Shown: in pieces, positions 8,290-16,737 of the stretch
How the letters are laid out: every line of letters starts with the position of its first letter
How positions within the stretch are numbered: the stretch's first letter is position 1
Origin: a virus
Taxonomy: Duplodnaviria; Caudoviricetes
Length of the DNA stretch: 46,571 nt
Strand: one strand, 5' to 3'
Virus record (IMG/VR): IMGVR_UViG_3300032225_001126
Span: 1-46,571 of that record
The notes under the pieces: model-generated
Database searches by the model: none
What the model was told of the DNA's origin: nothing
The model's input: the letters and a program-made list of their open reading frames with translations, nothing else
Position numbers and translations under genes: made by a program

Positions 8290-9272
8290 AAACTAAAGTT
8301 CTATTTGTTACACAAACACTTGGAGCAAAGGCTGCATGTGGAATTGGCTTGATGGGTGATGTGACTGGTAAAGTGCTATTGCAACATCCAGAATTGCATT
8401 TCGATATGATCTACACAGATAGTATGCATGAAACGCAACAAAAAATTCTATCATTTGATCCACAAGTTGTAATTTACAATTATGCTCCAGGAACTACTCC
8501 GTGGATGGATGACTATCAAATGCGAGCACCATTTCCACATATCAAACATGCAAGAATCATGCATGATATGAGCCAGTCAATTGCTAATTCATTTAGACCA
8601 GAAATGAATCATGGTTGGCAATTTATAATTGCAGATGATCCTAGCGTAAAAGAAACGAAGCATGTATTTACAACGAATCGATTGCTTCCTGGAGCTCCAA
8701 CCGTATCTTATGTTGAACCAAAGAAACCTATCATTGGATTTCAAGGCTTCGGACCACCACATAAAGGTATCGCTAGACTAGCACATAAGGTGCAAGAAGA
8801 ATTTGATGAAGCTACACTAAGATTACATATTCCTTTTGGATTCTACGAAGATTTGATTCATGGCTACAAAGGAAGCAATGCATATGCTCGCGTAAACGAA
8901 GTGAAGCAAATCATCACAAAACCAGGAATTGATGTTATAATTACGCACGACCTTTTAGATACGCAACAAATTATCGATCTATTAGCACAAAACACCATTA
9001 ATTGTTATTTCTACGATTACTTAGATGGAGCCGGATTAGCAAGTAGTCCAGATTATGCGTTGGCAGCAAAGCGACCAATCGCGGTGACAAGAAGTTATCA
9101 AATGCGAAACTATTGGGATCTTGAACCAAGCGTATTGATTGAAAATAGTAGCATCAAGCAGATCATTGCAAATGGAACAGCTCCACTGGAACCATTATAT
9201 AAAGCATATAGTAAAGAGAGTGTCTGGCAAGATTACACCCGTGTGGTAAATGCAATGTTGACTTCAGCGTAA
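8286..9272 (+). CDS. Putative GT-B glycosyltransferase (GT4-like)
   Basis: ACGIG, FQGFGPPHKG, ASSPDYALAAKRPIAVT. Colinear similarity to 6386-7324. Confidence 0.6.
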   Translation: MKTKVLFVTQTLGAKAACGIGLMGDVTGKVLLQHPELHFDMIYTDSMHETQQKILSFDPQVVIYNYAPGTTPWMDDYQMRAPFPHIKHARIMHDMSQSIANSFRPEMNHGWQFIIADDPSVKETKHVFTTNRLLPGAPTVSYVEPKKPIIGFQGFGPPHKGIARLAHKVQEEFDEATLRLHIPFGFYEDLIHGYKGSNAYARVNEVKQIITKPGIDVIITHDLLDTQQIIDLLAQNTINCYFYDYLDGAGLASSPDYALAAKRPIAVTRSYQMRNYWDLEPSVLIENSSIKQIIANGTAPLEPLYKAYSKESVWQDYTRVVNAMLTSA

Positions 9273-9286
9273 GAGTCTGTTATACT
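9258..9286 (+). promoter_or_regulatory. Strong sigma70-type promoter for gp33
   Basis: TTGACT (9258-9263), 17 bp, TG (9278-9279), TATACT (9281-9286). Confidence 0.75.
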
Positions 9287-9310
9287 TATCCTTTGTTCAA
9301 TAGGAAAAAT

Positions 9311-9550
9311 ATGAATCTTAAAATTCTAACTCAAAAAGAGTTTGAAGGAGAAATCAAATCCTTGCAAAAACAGCTACAACCAATTACAATGATAGACACG
9401 ATTCTAGAATATTGTGAACGGAAGAAGATTGAAGTTGAAACAGCGGCCGCACTCATTACACCAAAAATGAAAGCTACGATTGAAAGCGAAGCAATGAAAG
9501 CTAGATTGATTCCCCAAAAAGCAAGACTACCACTAGACGATGAGGACTAA
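9311..9550 (+). CDS. gp33: Late promoter transcription coactivator gp33 (start reassigned to ATG 9311)
   Basis: F..EI, MIDTILEYCE..IEVE.AA.LI...MK..IE.EA, and an acidic-hydrophobic clamp-binding-type tail (ARLPLDDED). AGGA SD before 9311. Position upstream of gp32. Confidence 0.88.
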   Translation: MNLKILTQKEFEGEIKSLQKQLQPITMIDTILEYCERKKIEVETAAALITPKMKATIESEAMKARLIPQKARLPLDDED

Positions 9551-9553
9551 ACT

Positions 9554-9970
9554 ATGGAACCAGAAGTTAACGACAAAGTTTGGGTTATTACTCCAGAACA
9601 CAAAAAATGTATTAACGACATTTGTTATTGGAGAAAAGATGACTACATGGTTCAACAAAACATGGGTTGGCGATGGGGCACGTTTACAGTACCAGCACCA
9701 GATGATCTTACCATCAAACAATGGTTAGCATCATATGATTCAAGTGTCGGAACTGATCTATACGAAGACTTTGGTGATGTATATGATTTCGAAACACAAG
9801 ATGGTGTTTGGGAAGATTGGGAATTTCCAAGTAACATGCCAGAAGAAGATAGAGAAGCATTCAATTCAATCTATGAAGAAGACGGCACATGGGGATTAGA
9901 GCAAGATGGATGGATGTCTGTTGATTGCGAAATCAATGTTTCTGGTCCATTGAAGATTGAAGAACAATGA
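9554..9970 (+). CDS. Hypothetical acidic, Trp-rich protein
   Basis: SD GAGG upstream. 138 aa with about 33 D/E versus about 9 K/R. No recognised motif. Confidence 0.75.
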   Translation: MEPEVNDKVWVITPEHKKCINDICYWRKDDYMVQQNMGWRWGTFTVPAPDDLTIKQWLASYDSSVGTDLYEDFGDVYDFETQDGVWEDWEFPSNMPEEDREAFNSIYEEDGTWGLEQDGWMSVDCEINVSGPLKIEEQ

Positions 9971-10119
9971 TTCCGATTCTACTACTAAAAACATTGAACA
10001 ACAATACTAAGATCAAAAGTAATAAAACACTTTGCGCCCTAGTATTGCCAAAGAATAAGACACAAAGTCTTATAAATAAAGTTGTAGAGAAATCTACATA
10101 TACTTTAAGTACACAGTAA
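9967..10119 (+). CDS. Possible 50-aa basic ORF coupled to the upstream gene (not in ORF track)
   Basis: ATGA overlap at 9967-9970. Reads MIPILLLKTLNNNTKIKSNKTLCALVLPKNKTQSLINKVVEKSTYTLSTQ*. Confidence 0.35.
   Translation: MIPILLLKTLNNNTKIKSNKTLCALVLPKNKTQSLINKVVEKSTYTLSTQ
10071..10078 (+). promoter_or_regulatory. T4 late promoter upstream of gp32
   Basis: Exact TATAAATA. Confidence 0.7.
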
Positions 10120-10149
10120 TACACATTTATACATTTTAATACGAGGTAA
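10101..10149 (+). repeat. Imperfect 10-nt tandem repeats in the gp32 leader (putative autogenous translational operator)
   Basis: TACACAGTAA, TACACATTTA, TACATTTTAA, TACGAGGTAA start at 10110, 10120, 10130 and 10140. The last unit contains the SD. Confidence 0.55.
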
Positions 10150-10155
10150 CACACT

Positions 10156-11058
10156 ATGGCATCATCATTTGCAGATCTAAAGAAGTCCCGCAACAAAGAC
10201 TTAGAGAAACTAACACAAGAAGTTTCTAAACTCTCAAACAAAGAAGAAGGTAAAAAATCATACGAAGACCTTCGATTCTGGAAACCCACAGTAGATAAAG
10301 CTGGAAACGGTTTCGCAACAATCCGCTTTCTTCCTGCACCAGAAGGCGAAGACGTTCCCTGGATTCAAATATTTCAGCACTCCTTTCAAGGTCCAGGTGG
10401 ATGGTATATCGAAAACTCTCTTACGACGCTAAACAAAAAAGATCCAGTCTCAGAACATAATACTGTTCTTTGGAACTCTGGCATCGATTCAAACAAAGAT
10501 ATTGCGCGTAAGCAGAAGCGTAAGTTGCAATATATTAGCAACATCTATGTTGTTAAAGACCCAGCCAATCCTGAGAACGAAGGCAAAGTCTTTTTGTATA
10601 AGTTCGGTAAGAAAATCTTTGACAAGTTAAACGATTTGATGAATCCTGAGTTTGAAGATGAAGCACCAACGAATCCATTCGATCTTTGGGAAGGCGCTAA
10701 CTTTAAGCTAAAGATTCGTAAAGTTGAAGGCTATCAAAACTACGACAAGTCTGAGTTTGATCGTCCTGCACCATTGTCACAAGATGATGATGATCTAGAG
10801 AACATTTGGAAACAAGAACATGCATTGTCTGAATTTCTTGATCCAAAGAATTTCAAATCGTATGACGAATTGAAAGCTAAACTCAATAAAGTTCTTGGTC
10901 TTGATGGTGGCGGCGACAACGATTCAATCTCAGCTATCGTTGCAAAGAGCGCACCAGCAGCTCCGGTAGCAAGTAAAGCAAAGAAGACTGTTGCTGATGC
11001 ATCAGAAGATGACGATGATGAATCTTTGAGTTACTTTGAGAAATTAGCAGAAGACTAA
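10156..11058 (+). CDS. gp32: Single-stranded DNA-binding protein gp32
   Basis: DLRFWKP.VDKAGNG.A.IRFLP, WYIENSLTTL..KDPV, LYKFGKKIFDK, NPFDLWEGANFKLKI, NYDKSEF, and an acidic tail ending YFEKLAED. Confidence 0.97.
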   Translation: MASSFADLKKSRNKDLEKLTQEVSKLSNKEEGKKSYEDLRFWKPTVDKAGNGFATIRFLPAPEGEDVPWIQIFQHSFQGPGGWYIENSLTTLNKKDPVSEHNTVLWNSGIDSNKDIARKQKRKLQYISNIYVVKDPANPENEGKVFLYKFGKKIFDKLNDLMNPEFEDEAPTNPFDLWEGANFKLKIRKVEGYQNYDKSEFDRPAPLSQDDDDLENIWKQEHALSEFLDPKNFKSYDELKAKLNKVLGLDGGGDNDSISAIVAKSAPAAPVASKAKKTVADASEDDDDESLSYFEKLAED

Positions 11059-11078
11059 TTTCAAACTTATATTATGTG

Positions 11079-11108
11079 AAAAGGAGAGCTGATGCTCTCC
11101 TTTTTTTT
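11079..11108. terminator. Bidirectional intrinsic terminator between convergent gp32 and tape-measure genes
   Basis: AAAA-GGAGAGC-TGAT-GCTCTCC-TTTTTTTT. Confidence 0.88.
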
Positions 11109-14100
11109 ATCCAATTGGAACTGCAGTTTGTGCACCCACAGATCGTAGAACATCAAGAGTATCTGTGCGTTTAATTACGGTGGTCGATGTACTATTGTTA
11201 TTATTAGTGATTTTGTTTCCAGAGTTAACAAGAGTAGTATCTCCACTTGTTGTATCTGTTTTAGGCTTTGATGTAGCGATTTCTGCCGCTATAGCAGATT
11301 GTTTTACAATATAGTTTCCTAGAGATGATACGGTTGCTGTAGGAAGTGTTTTTATAATTTCTTGATCTGATATGAAGTCTTCAGCAGTTAGCTTATTGTC
11401 GCCATTCAAATCAATTATGGGTCGACCAGCCGCGTCAAATCCCATGACACGAAGTTGTCCATTATTATATGGTTCAAAAATTACATCTCCACCTACCATA
11501 CCATTGTCAGTCCACGAAAGTGGTGTTCTGTTACCAGTATCACGAAGTCCAATACTAGCATCTTCAGCTTTAACCCATTGTTTAGTTTGTTGATTGTATA
11601 CCATTCTATCAATTGAGCCTCCAGATATTAGAGTTGAAGCATCACCACCAGTTTCGTTAGAGTATGTATTATCTTGTGAATAAGGCTGCATCTGACTAAA
11701 ATCTTGCTTTGTTATACTTGTGTCTAGTTCACTCGCAACAGCTTGAAGTAATCCAGAACCAAGTGTCTTGTAATTGACTTTTTGTAATGCTTCAGCAGTT
11801 TTTGCAACTTCTTTTGCCGTATTTTCATATCCTTGATCCGAAGACAATCCTTTATAAAGTGATTCTACTAATTTGATAATTTGTCTTGCAACTTCATTAG
11901 CATTTAATTTAATAAAATCTTCCAATTTACCAAAATCACAACCTGTCAGATAAGAATCTGTAAATGGTAAAGGACTTTTTGGATTTCCTATATAAAAATA
12001 AACTGTTACTCTATTTGAAGAAACATGTGCGCCAAGATAATCGAATCCTATATTTGTTGCTGGTTTGCCGATTTGACTTCTTTTTACTTCCATTGCTTTT
12101 ACTGCATTAAATGCAATTCTTAACAATTGATCACAAATCGCAGTCCATGCTACGTCCTGACCTTGTTTTAAATAATTTAAATCTTTAGCATAGATGGTTG
12201 ATATAGCAGTTATATTATTATTTCCAGTTGTATAAAGTATTCTTTCGAGTATTGGATCTGGTTGATATGGCTCATCTTCATCAAAGATTCCAAAAAGACT
12301 CGCTACAGCGACGAATGCAGCAATATATGGTATAGCTTCAAGTAGTGTTGTTCCGACAGCTGCAAGAGTGCTACCGCCCGCAACAGTAGTAGTAGCAGGA
12401 ATAAGTCCATCAGCAAGCATTAGATTAGCGATTTCTGCCTCTGATAATGACGCACCAACAGTTCCAGCTGCACCACCAGTAGCACCGCCTGCTGTACTAC
12501 CACCAATGGCTCCTATACTACCTTCAAATCCACCTGTAGTACCAGCACTAAGACCGCCAGCATAACTCATTCCTGGAGCAGATAAAAATGATGGCAACAT
12601 ACCTGCGGGAACCCCTATAGCTGTCAAGCCACTTCCGACGGCTTGACCAGCTGCTTGAAGATAAGGCATAATGTATGGAGAAGCATAAGACCAAGCAGCC
12701 TTTCCAGCCCATTGGAGTCCTTGACTAATTGCAAAATTTGCAAGTGCTGCTGTGTATGGATTTGTTCCTTTACCACCTAACGCTTTATAAATTGCTCTAG
12801 TTCCAGCAACTTTACCAAGATCAAGAGCCATGTTACCGACTTGAGATAGTGGACCACCAGAATCAAAAAATCCAGGAGAACCAAGCGTTCCACCAGCAGT
12901 AGATCCTGACCCCACTCTACCTTGAGATATTGCAGTTATAACTTCTTGAAGTTTACCGATGATTCCCTGATCACCCTGTTGACTTACATATTTTGCTTCA
13001 GCAGCATCGGTTGCGCGTCTTACAGCATCAACAGCAATTTGGTCATTTTGTTGCGTTAAAAGATCATTTGTTTGTTTTCTTGCTGCTTCAGCAGTAGGAT
13101 CTGTAATAGTTAATGCCTTGTCTCCACCAACAATTGGAGTGACGGTAGGTTCTCTATCATAACCACTTGTCCATGTTGGTCCAACGGCAGCATTATTTCC
13201 ATTCTGCGATTGTGGAACATTATATCTACCATAAGCATCTGTGCCAAATGATGATGCGCTATTTAAACTAACTTTTTTACCAGTTCTTGGATCGATCCAC
13301 TCAGAAGCCTTTGCATTTGGATCCATGAATCTACCAACAGGATCACTAACGGCAGCACCAAGAGTGTTAGCCATGTAGTTGACGCCTTCCGTTGGATTCT
13401 TGAATCCATACTTAGCAAAGACAGTCTCATATCCAGTAGCTACACCAGTAGTACCATATAGTAATTGTTCAACTGCTAATTTCTTATTACCTCTTGCATA
13501 ATTACCAAGAATCTGACCAGTAAGAATATTACTCTTTTCAGCATCCATTCCACCGATCATACCAAATAGAAGTCTTCCACCAGCACGAGCACCAGCTTCA
13601 AGATAGCCTGTTGCTAGATTATTGAGTGCTGGCGCAAACATTCCGCCATATTGTTTACCAAATAGACTTGTCGATAATTTGTTTATGCCTTTACTAATAC
13701 CGAAGATATTGTTTAATTGTTGTCCTCGGAACAATGCACCAGATGCAGCTTGTTGACTTACACCAACACCTTTAGGAAATAATGCTTTGCTTAGTGCGAG
13801 ATTAAATGCTTTTGGAACAGCTTTTTGAAATTCTTTTGCAAAACTTGCATTTGTTTCTGCAATGATTTGTTGTGGAGTTTTTAATATTGGACTTATTGGT
13901 CTATTTCTAGGAGCAACAGCATTTGCGGTTCTTGCACCACTTTTTGTAAGATCTTTAAGATTGTCTATTGTGTCTTTACCAATTGCTGAAGCTACTTTAA
14001 TAGTAGCATCTGTTGCTTTACGAATTTCTTTTCTAACTTCTTCCATCTTTTGAGTCAATGGAGAAGTTTTTTCTGGGATCTTTGCTCCGGAGAATGATGT

Positions 14101-16089
14101 ATCAGCTTCTGGATTTGGACCTTCTTTATATGATCCAAATCCTTGACCAGTAAATACTGGAGTTGTTGGCATAGCATCATATGCTGCTTGACTATCTCTT
14201 GCTGAATTGAATCCTGATAATTTTGGTGCTTCAGCTACACTTAAAGGTTCGCCTCTCAATCCAGAGGCCATCAATGCTCTTTTTCCTATAGCATCACCAC
14301 TTGATCTTTCATATTGTTTATCAAAAATAACAGCGGCTTGTTCAGCAGTTGTTGCTGTTCTTAAAGCATTGCCAGCTTTTTTTTCATTATTATTTAATTC
14401 CCATTGAATGTACTGCAATTGCTCTGTAAGATTAGATTCTCTTATAGATTTGCCAAATAATTTTTCAAATTTTGCTTGACGATCTGGATGCCACTGTGCA
14501 ATTCCATATGCTTTTCCACCATCACCTATAGCATCTATTTTTAAATTTTGACCAGATTCGATTTGTAAATTGCCAACAATACCAGCAGCTTGTTCTGGTG
14601 TCCATCCTTGACTTTCAAAAAATTGTTTAGCATAAAGAGCATTTTTTGTTGCATTCTTTCCATAACTATTTGACGGCTTAGTTGTATTTTCTTTAGGTGG
14701 TTCTATAGTTGTAGCAATTGGTATAGTTGGTGTTGGTACTACAGAAGTTGTTGCAGCACTTGCATTTGCAGCTCTCATTGCAGCTTGTTTTGCTGCTTTA
14801 CCTCCCATCGGATTTGGAACATTTCCTAAAACATTTCCAGCTTGATTTGCTGGAGCGTTCATTTCTAGGTTAACTTGTTTTGCTAGTTTTGGATCTACTA
14901 GTGTTTGCCCTAAACCAGTTTTTTCAACAATAGTATTTAAATCTGGAAATTTTAAGTTAGTGAACCAGTTTTTAACTTCACCAAAAGATGATTCTACAGA
15001 ATTTCTAATTCCATCAAATGCGGAAACTACATAATTTGTAGCAGTTGTAAAAGATGATGTAATAGTATCTTTAATATTATTAAATGTGGGAACAAACTCA
15101 TCAAATATTTTTGTTACACTTGCACTAACTTCTTGAAATTTTTGACTAAATATTTTTCCGTAATTTTCTAAATCTGGAAGAATTGTTTCAAACATCTTAT
15201 GTCCGAAATCGGAGTCACCTATTGCTCCTCCAATAGCAGATCCAATCGCTACTCCAATAGGACCGCCAATCATTCCGACAAGACCACCAACAGTAGCACC
15301 GATTGCTCCTGGAGCTAAATCTTTAGCAACACCAGCAATTGATTCGCCACCATTAGAGACTCTATCATATGCCATGTAAGCACCAAGACCAAGACCAACC
15401 GCGCCAGCACCTTTTAAAAGTTTTCCACCAATTCCGCCTCGACGACTCTTGCCGCCAGCCTTTCCGCTATCTTTTCCATCACCTTTATCTTTTCCACCTT
15501 TACCATCACCTTTATCTTTTCCACCTTTACCGCCACCCCTACCACCCAAAATTCTATCCATAATCCCTTCAGCGGCTCCGGAAGCTAATGCAGAACCGAT
15601 ACCTGGTCCTTCTTCGTATTCACCGATGCGGGATGCGACCCCGCCTTTAGAACCAATATTGTTAATTGCATCTAATAATTTACTATCTCTTAATGCTTGT
15701 TCTCTAGCATTTTCTTCATCATATTGGGATTTTGTTTTAGCAGAATCTACTTGATATCTTAATAATCTAGTTTGTTCAATAATGCTTGCATTTATTAGTT
15801 GCAATTCGCGAACAACTGCAGCATTAAAATTTGAACTATCTGAAGATGTGTTAGTTGATGCTGATGACGATGATTTAGAAGATGATGACTTTTCATCTTT
15901 ATCGTTTTTATTAGAATACGAATTAGCACTACTTTTCAATGCTTCAGCAAAAGAGTATGCGCTATTAATTCCTGGCATCTCGGATCTTGCTGCGCCTTTG
16001 ATTGCAGCACCAATTCCAGAAATAGATCCTGTTACAGTTTTTTTTGCAGCTTCAGCTAAAGCTGCAGCGTAGTTTCCTATTGAAGCCAT
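11107..16089 (-). CDS. Tape measure-like/baseplate hub protein (gp29 analogue) with internal phage tail lysozyme domain
   Basis: 1660 aa, Ala/Gly-rich with GxxxG hydrophobic segments. Lysozyme-type domain AAGIVGNLQIES..GIAQW..QLQYI..EL..YERS at ~14260-14645. Lies downstream of gp26/gp51. Confidence 0.75.
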   Translation of the reverse strand: MASIGNYAAALAEAAKKTVTGSISGIGAAIKGAARSEMPGINSAYSFAEALKSSANSYSNKNDKDEKSSSSKSSSSASTNTSSDSSNFNAAVVRELQLINASIIEQTRLLRYQVDSAKTKSQYDEENAREQALRDSKLLDAINNIGSKGGVASRIGEYEEGPGIGSALASGAAEGIMDRILGGRGGGKGGKDKGDGKGGKDKGDGKDSGKAGGKSRRGGIGGKLLKGAGAVGLGLGAYMAYDRVSNGGESIAGVAKDLAPGAIGATVGGLVGMIGGPIGVAIGSAIGGAIGDSDFGHKMFETILPDLENYGKIFSQKFQEVSASVTKIFDEFVPTFNNIKDTITSSFTTATNYVVSAFDGIRNSVESSFGEVKNWFTNLKFPDLNTIVEKTGLGQTLVDPKLAKQVNLEMNAPANQAGNVLGNVPNPMGGKAAKQAAMRAANASAATTSVVPTPTIPIATTIEPPKENTTKPSNSYGKNATKNALYAKQFFESQGWTPEQAAGIVGNLQIESGQNLKIDAIGDGGKAYGIAQWHPDRQAKFEKLFGKSIRESNLTEQLQYIQWELNNNEKKAGNALRTATTAEQAAVIFDKQYERSSGDAIGKRALMASGLRGEPLSVAEAPKLSGFNSARDSQAAYDAMPTTPVFTGQGFGSYKEGPNPEADTSFSGAKIPEKTSPLTQKMEEVRKEIRKATDATIKVASAIGKDTIDNLKDLTKSGARTANAVAPRNRPISPILKTPQQIIAETNASFAKEFQKAVPKAFNLALSKALFPKGVGVSQQAASGALFRGQQLNNIFGISKGINKLSTSLFGKQYGGMFAPALNNLATGYLEAGARAGGRLLFGMIGGMDAEKSNILTGQILGNYARGNKKLAVEQLLYGTTGVATGYETVFAKYGFKNPTEGVNYMANTLGAAVSDPVGRFMDPNAKASEWIDPRTGKKVSLNSASSFGTDAYGRYNVPQSQNGNNAAVGPTWTSGYDREPTVTPIVGGDKALTITDPTAEAARKQTNDLLTQQNDQIAVDAVRRATDAAEAKYVSQQGDQGIIGKLQEVITAISQGRVGSGSTAGGTLGSPGFFDSGGPLSQVGNMALDLGKVAGTRAIYKALGGKGTNPYTAALANFAISQGLQWAGKAAWSYASPYIMPYLQAAGQAVGSGLTAIGVPAGMLPSFLSAPGMSYAGGLSAGTTGGFEGSIGAIGGSTAGGATGGAAGTVGASLSEAEIANLMLADGLIPATTTVAGGSTLAAVGTTLLEAIPYIAAFVAVASLFGIFDEDEPYQPDPILERILYTTGNNNITAISTIYAKDLNYLKQGQDVAWTAICDQLLRIAFNAVKAMEVKRSQIGKPATNIGFDYLGAHVSSNRVTVYFYIGNPKSPLPFTDSYLTGCDFGKLEDFIKLNANEVARQIIKLVESLYKGLSSDQGYENTAKEVAKTAEALQKVNYKTLGSGLLQAVASELDTSITKQDFSQMQPYSQDNTYSNETGGDASTLISGGSIDRMVYNQQTKQWVKAEDASIGLRDTGNRTPLSWTDNGMVGGDVIFEPYNNGQLRVMGFDAAGRPIIDLNGDNKLTAEDFISDQEIIKTLPTATVSSLGNYIVKQSAIAAEIATSKPKTDTTSGDTTLVNSGNKITNNNNSTSTTVIKRTDTLDVLRSVGAQTAVPIG
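15476..15529. repeat. Perfect 27-bp tandem duplication (GGKDKGDGK x2) in the tape-measure gene
   Basis: CCATCACCTTTATCTTTTCCACCTTTA at 15476-15502 and 15503-15529. Confidence 0.9.
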
Positions 16090-16090
16090 C

Positions 16091-16546
16091 TTAGTCTCTA
16101 TCCAAAATAGAATCAGGATTTGAACTAATTACAGTAGGCTTTTTAACCACTGGTCTTGTGGGTTTGCTAATCGGATTAACAGGAGTGACTGTATCTACAA
16201 TTTTCTCTGAACTAAAAGTAGACATTTGTTGTTGATTTTGAAATGGCGATGGGGAACCAACACTTGTTGAAAATGAACTAGCACCAGCAATTTTTTCTTG
16301 TCCGCGACTCCAAGCAGCAACTCCAAGAACTGCACCCATCGCTAGATGATAGAGTCCAGCACCTTGAAGCGTGATTGGATTCCATTGACTTGAAACATTG
16401 CCGTGCTGAATTGCTTGAAGCACCGACCATAGAATTGGAAAAATAATAAAATCAGCAATACAAGTTACCATGTATGACCATCCCATCATAGGGCGCCATT
16501 TGCTGTTCATCCAATCTTCTTTTTTATGGTGGTGCTTAGTTGTCAT
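16091..16546 (-). CDS. Holin of 3TMs (GTA-holin-like) membrane protein
   Basis: WMNSKWRPMMGW, hydrophobic segments ..FIIFPILW.. and LYHLAMGAVLGVAAWSRGQEK. Confidence 0.7.
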   Translation of the reverse strand: MTTKHHHKKEDWMNSKWRPMMGWSYMVTCIADFIIFPILWSVLQAIQHGNVSSQWNPITLQGAGLYHLAMGAVLGVAAWSRGQEKIAGASSFSTSVGSPSPFQNQQQMSTFSSEKIVDTVTPVNPISKPTRPVVKKPTVISSNPDSILDRD

Positions 16547-16737
16547 CGTTGTCTAGCCCTTTGATTTTGTGCTTCTATTCTGTTATTTTGTTCTTCGATG
16601 TGCTGAGCCAATAACATTAAGTATAAATCACGTTCAAAGGGAATCATATCTTCAAGCACTTCTAAACTATATTTATGATGCTGAATCAGAGCAAAATTAG
16701 TTTTATAATAATTTGCTAAATTATCATTGCCCATCAC
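16543..16737 (-). CDS. gp51: gp51-like baseplate hub assembly protein (possibly the frameshift extension of gp26)
   Basis: NYYKTNFALIQHHKYSL..LE.MIPFERDLY..LL..HIEE, the typical small ORF following gp26 in aquatic T4-like phages. Confidence 0.75.
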   Translation of the reverse strand: MMGNDNLANYYKTNFALIQHHKYSLEVLEDMIPFERDLYLMLLAQHIEEQNNRIEAQNQRARQR

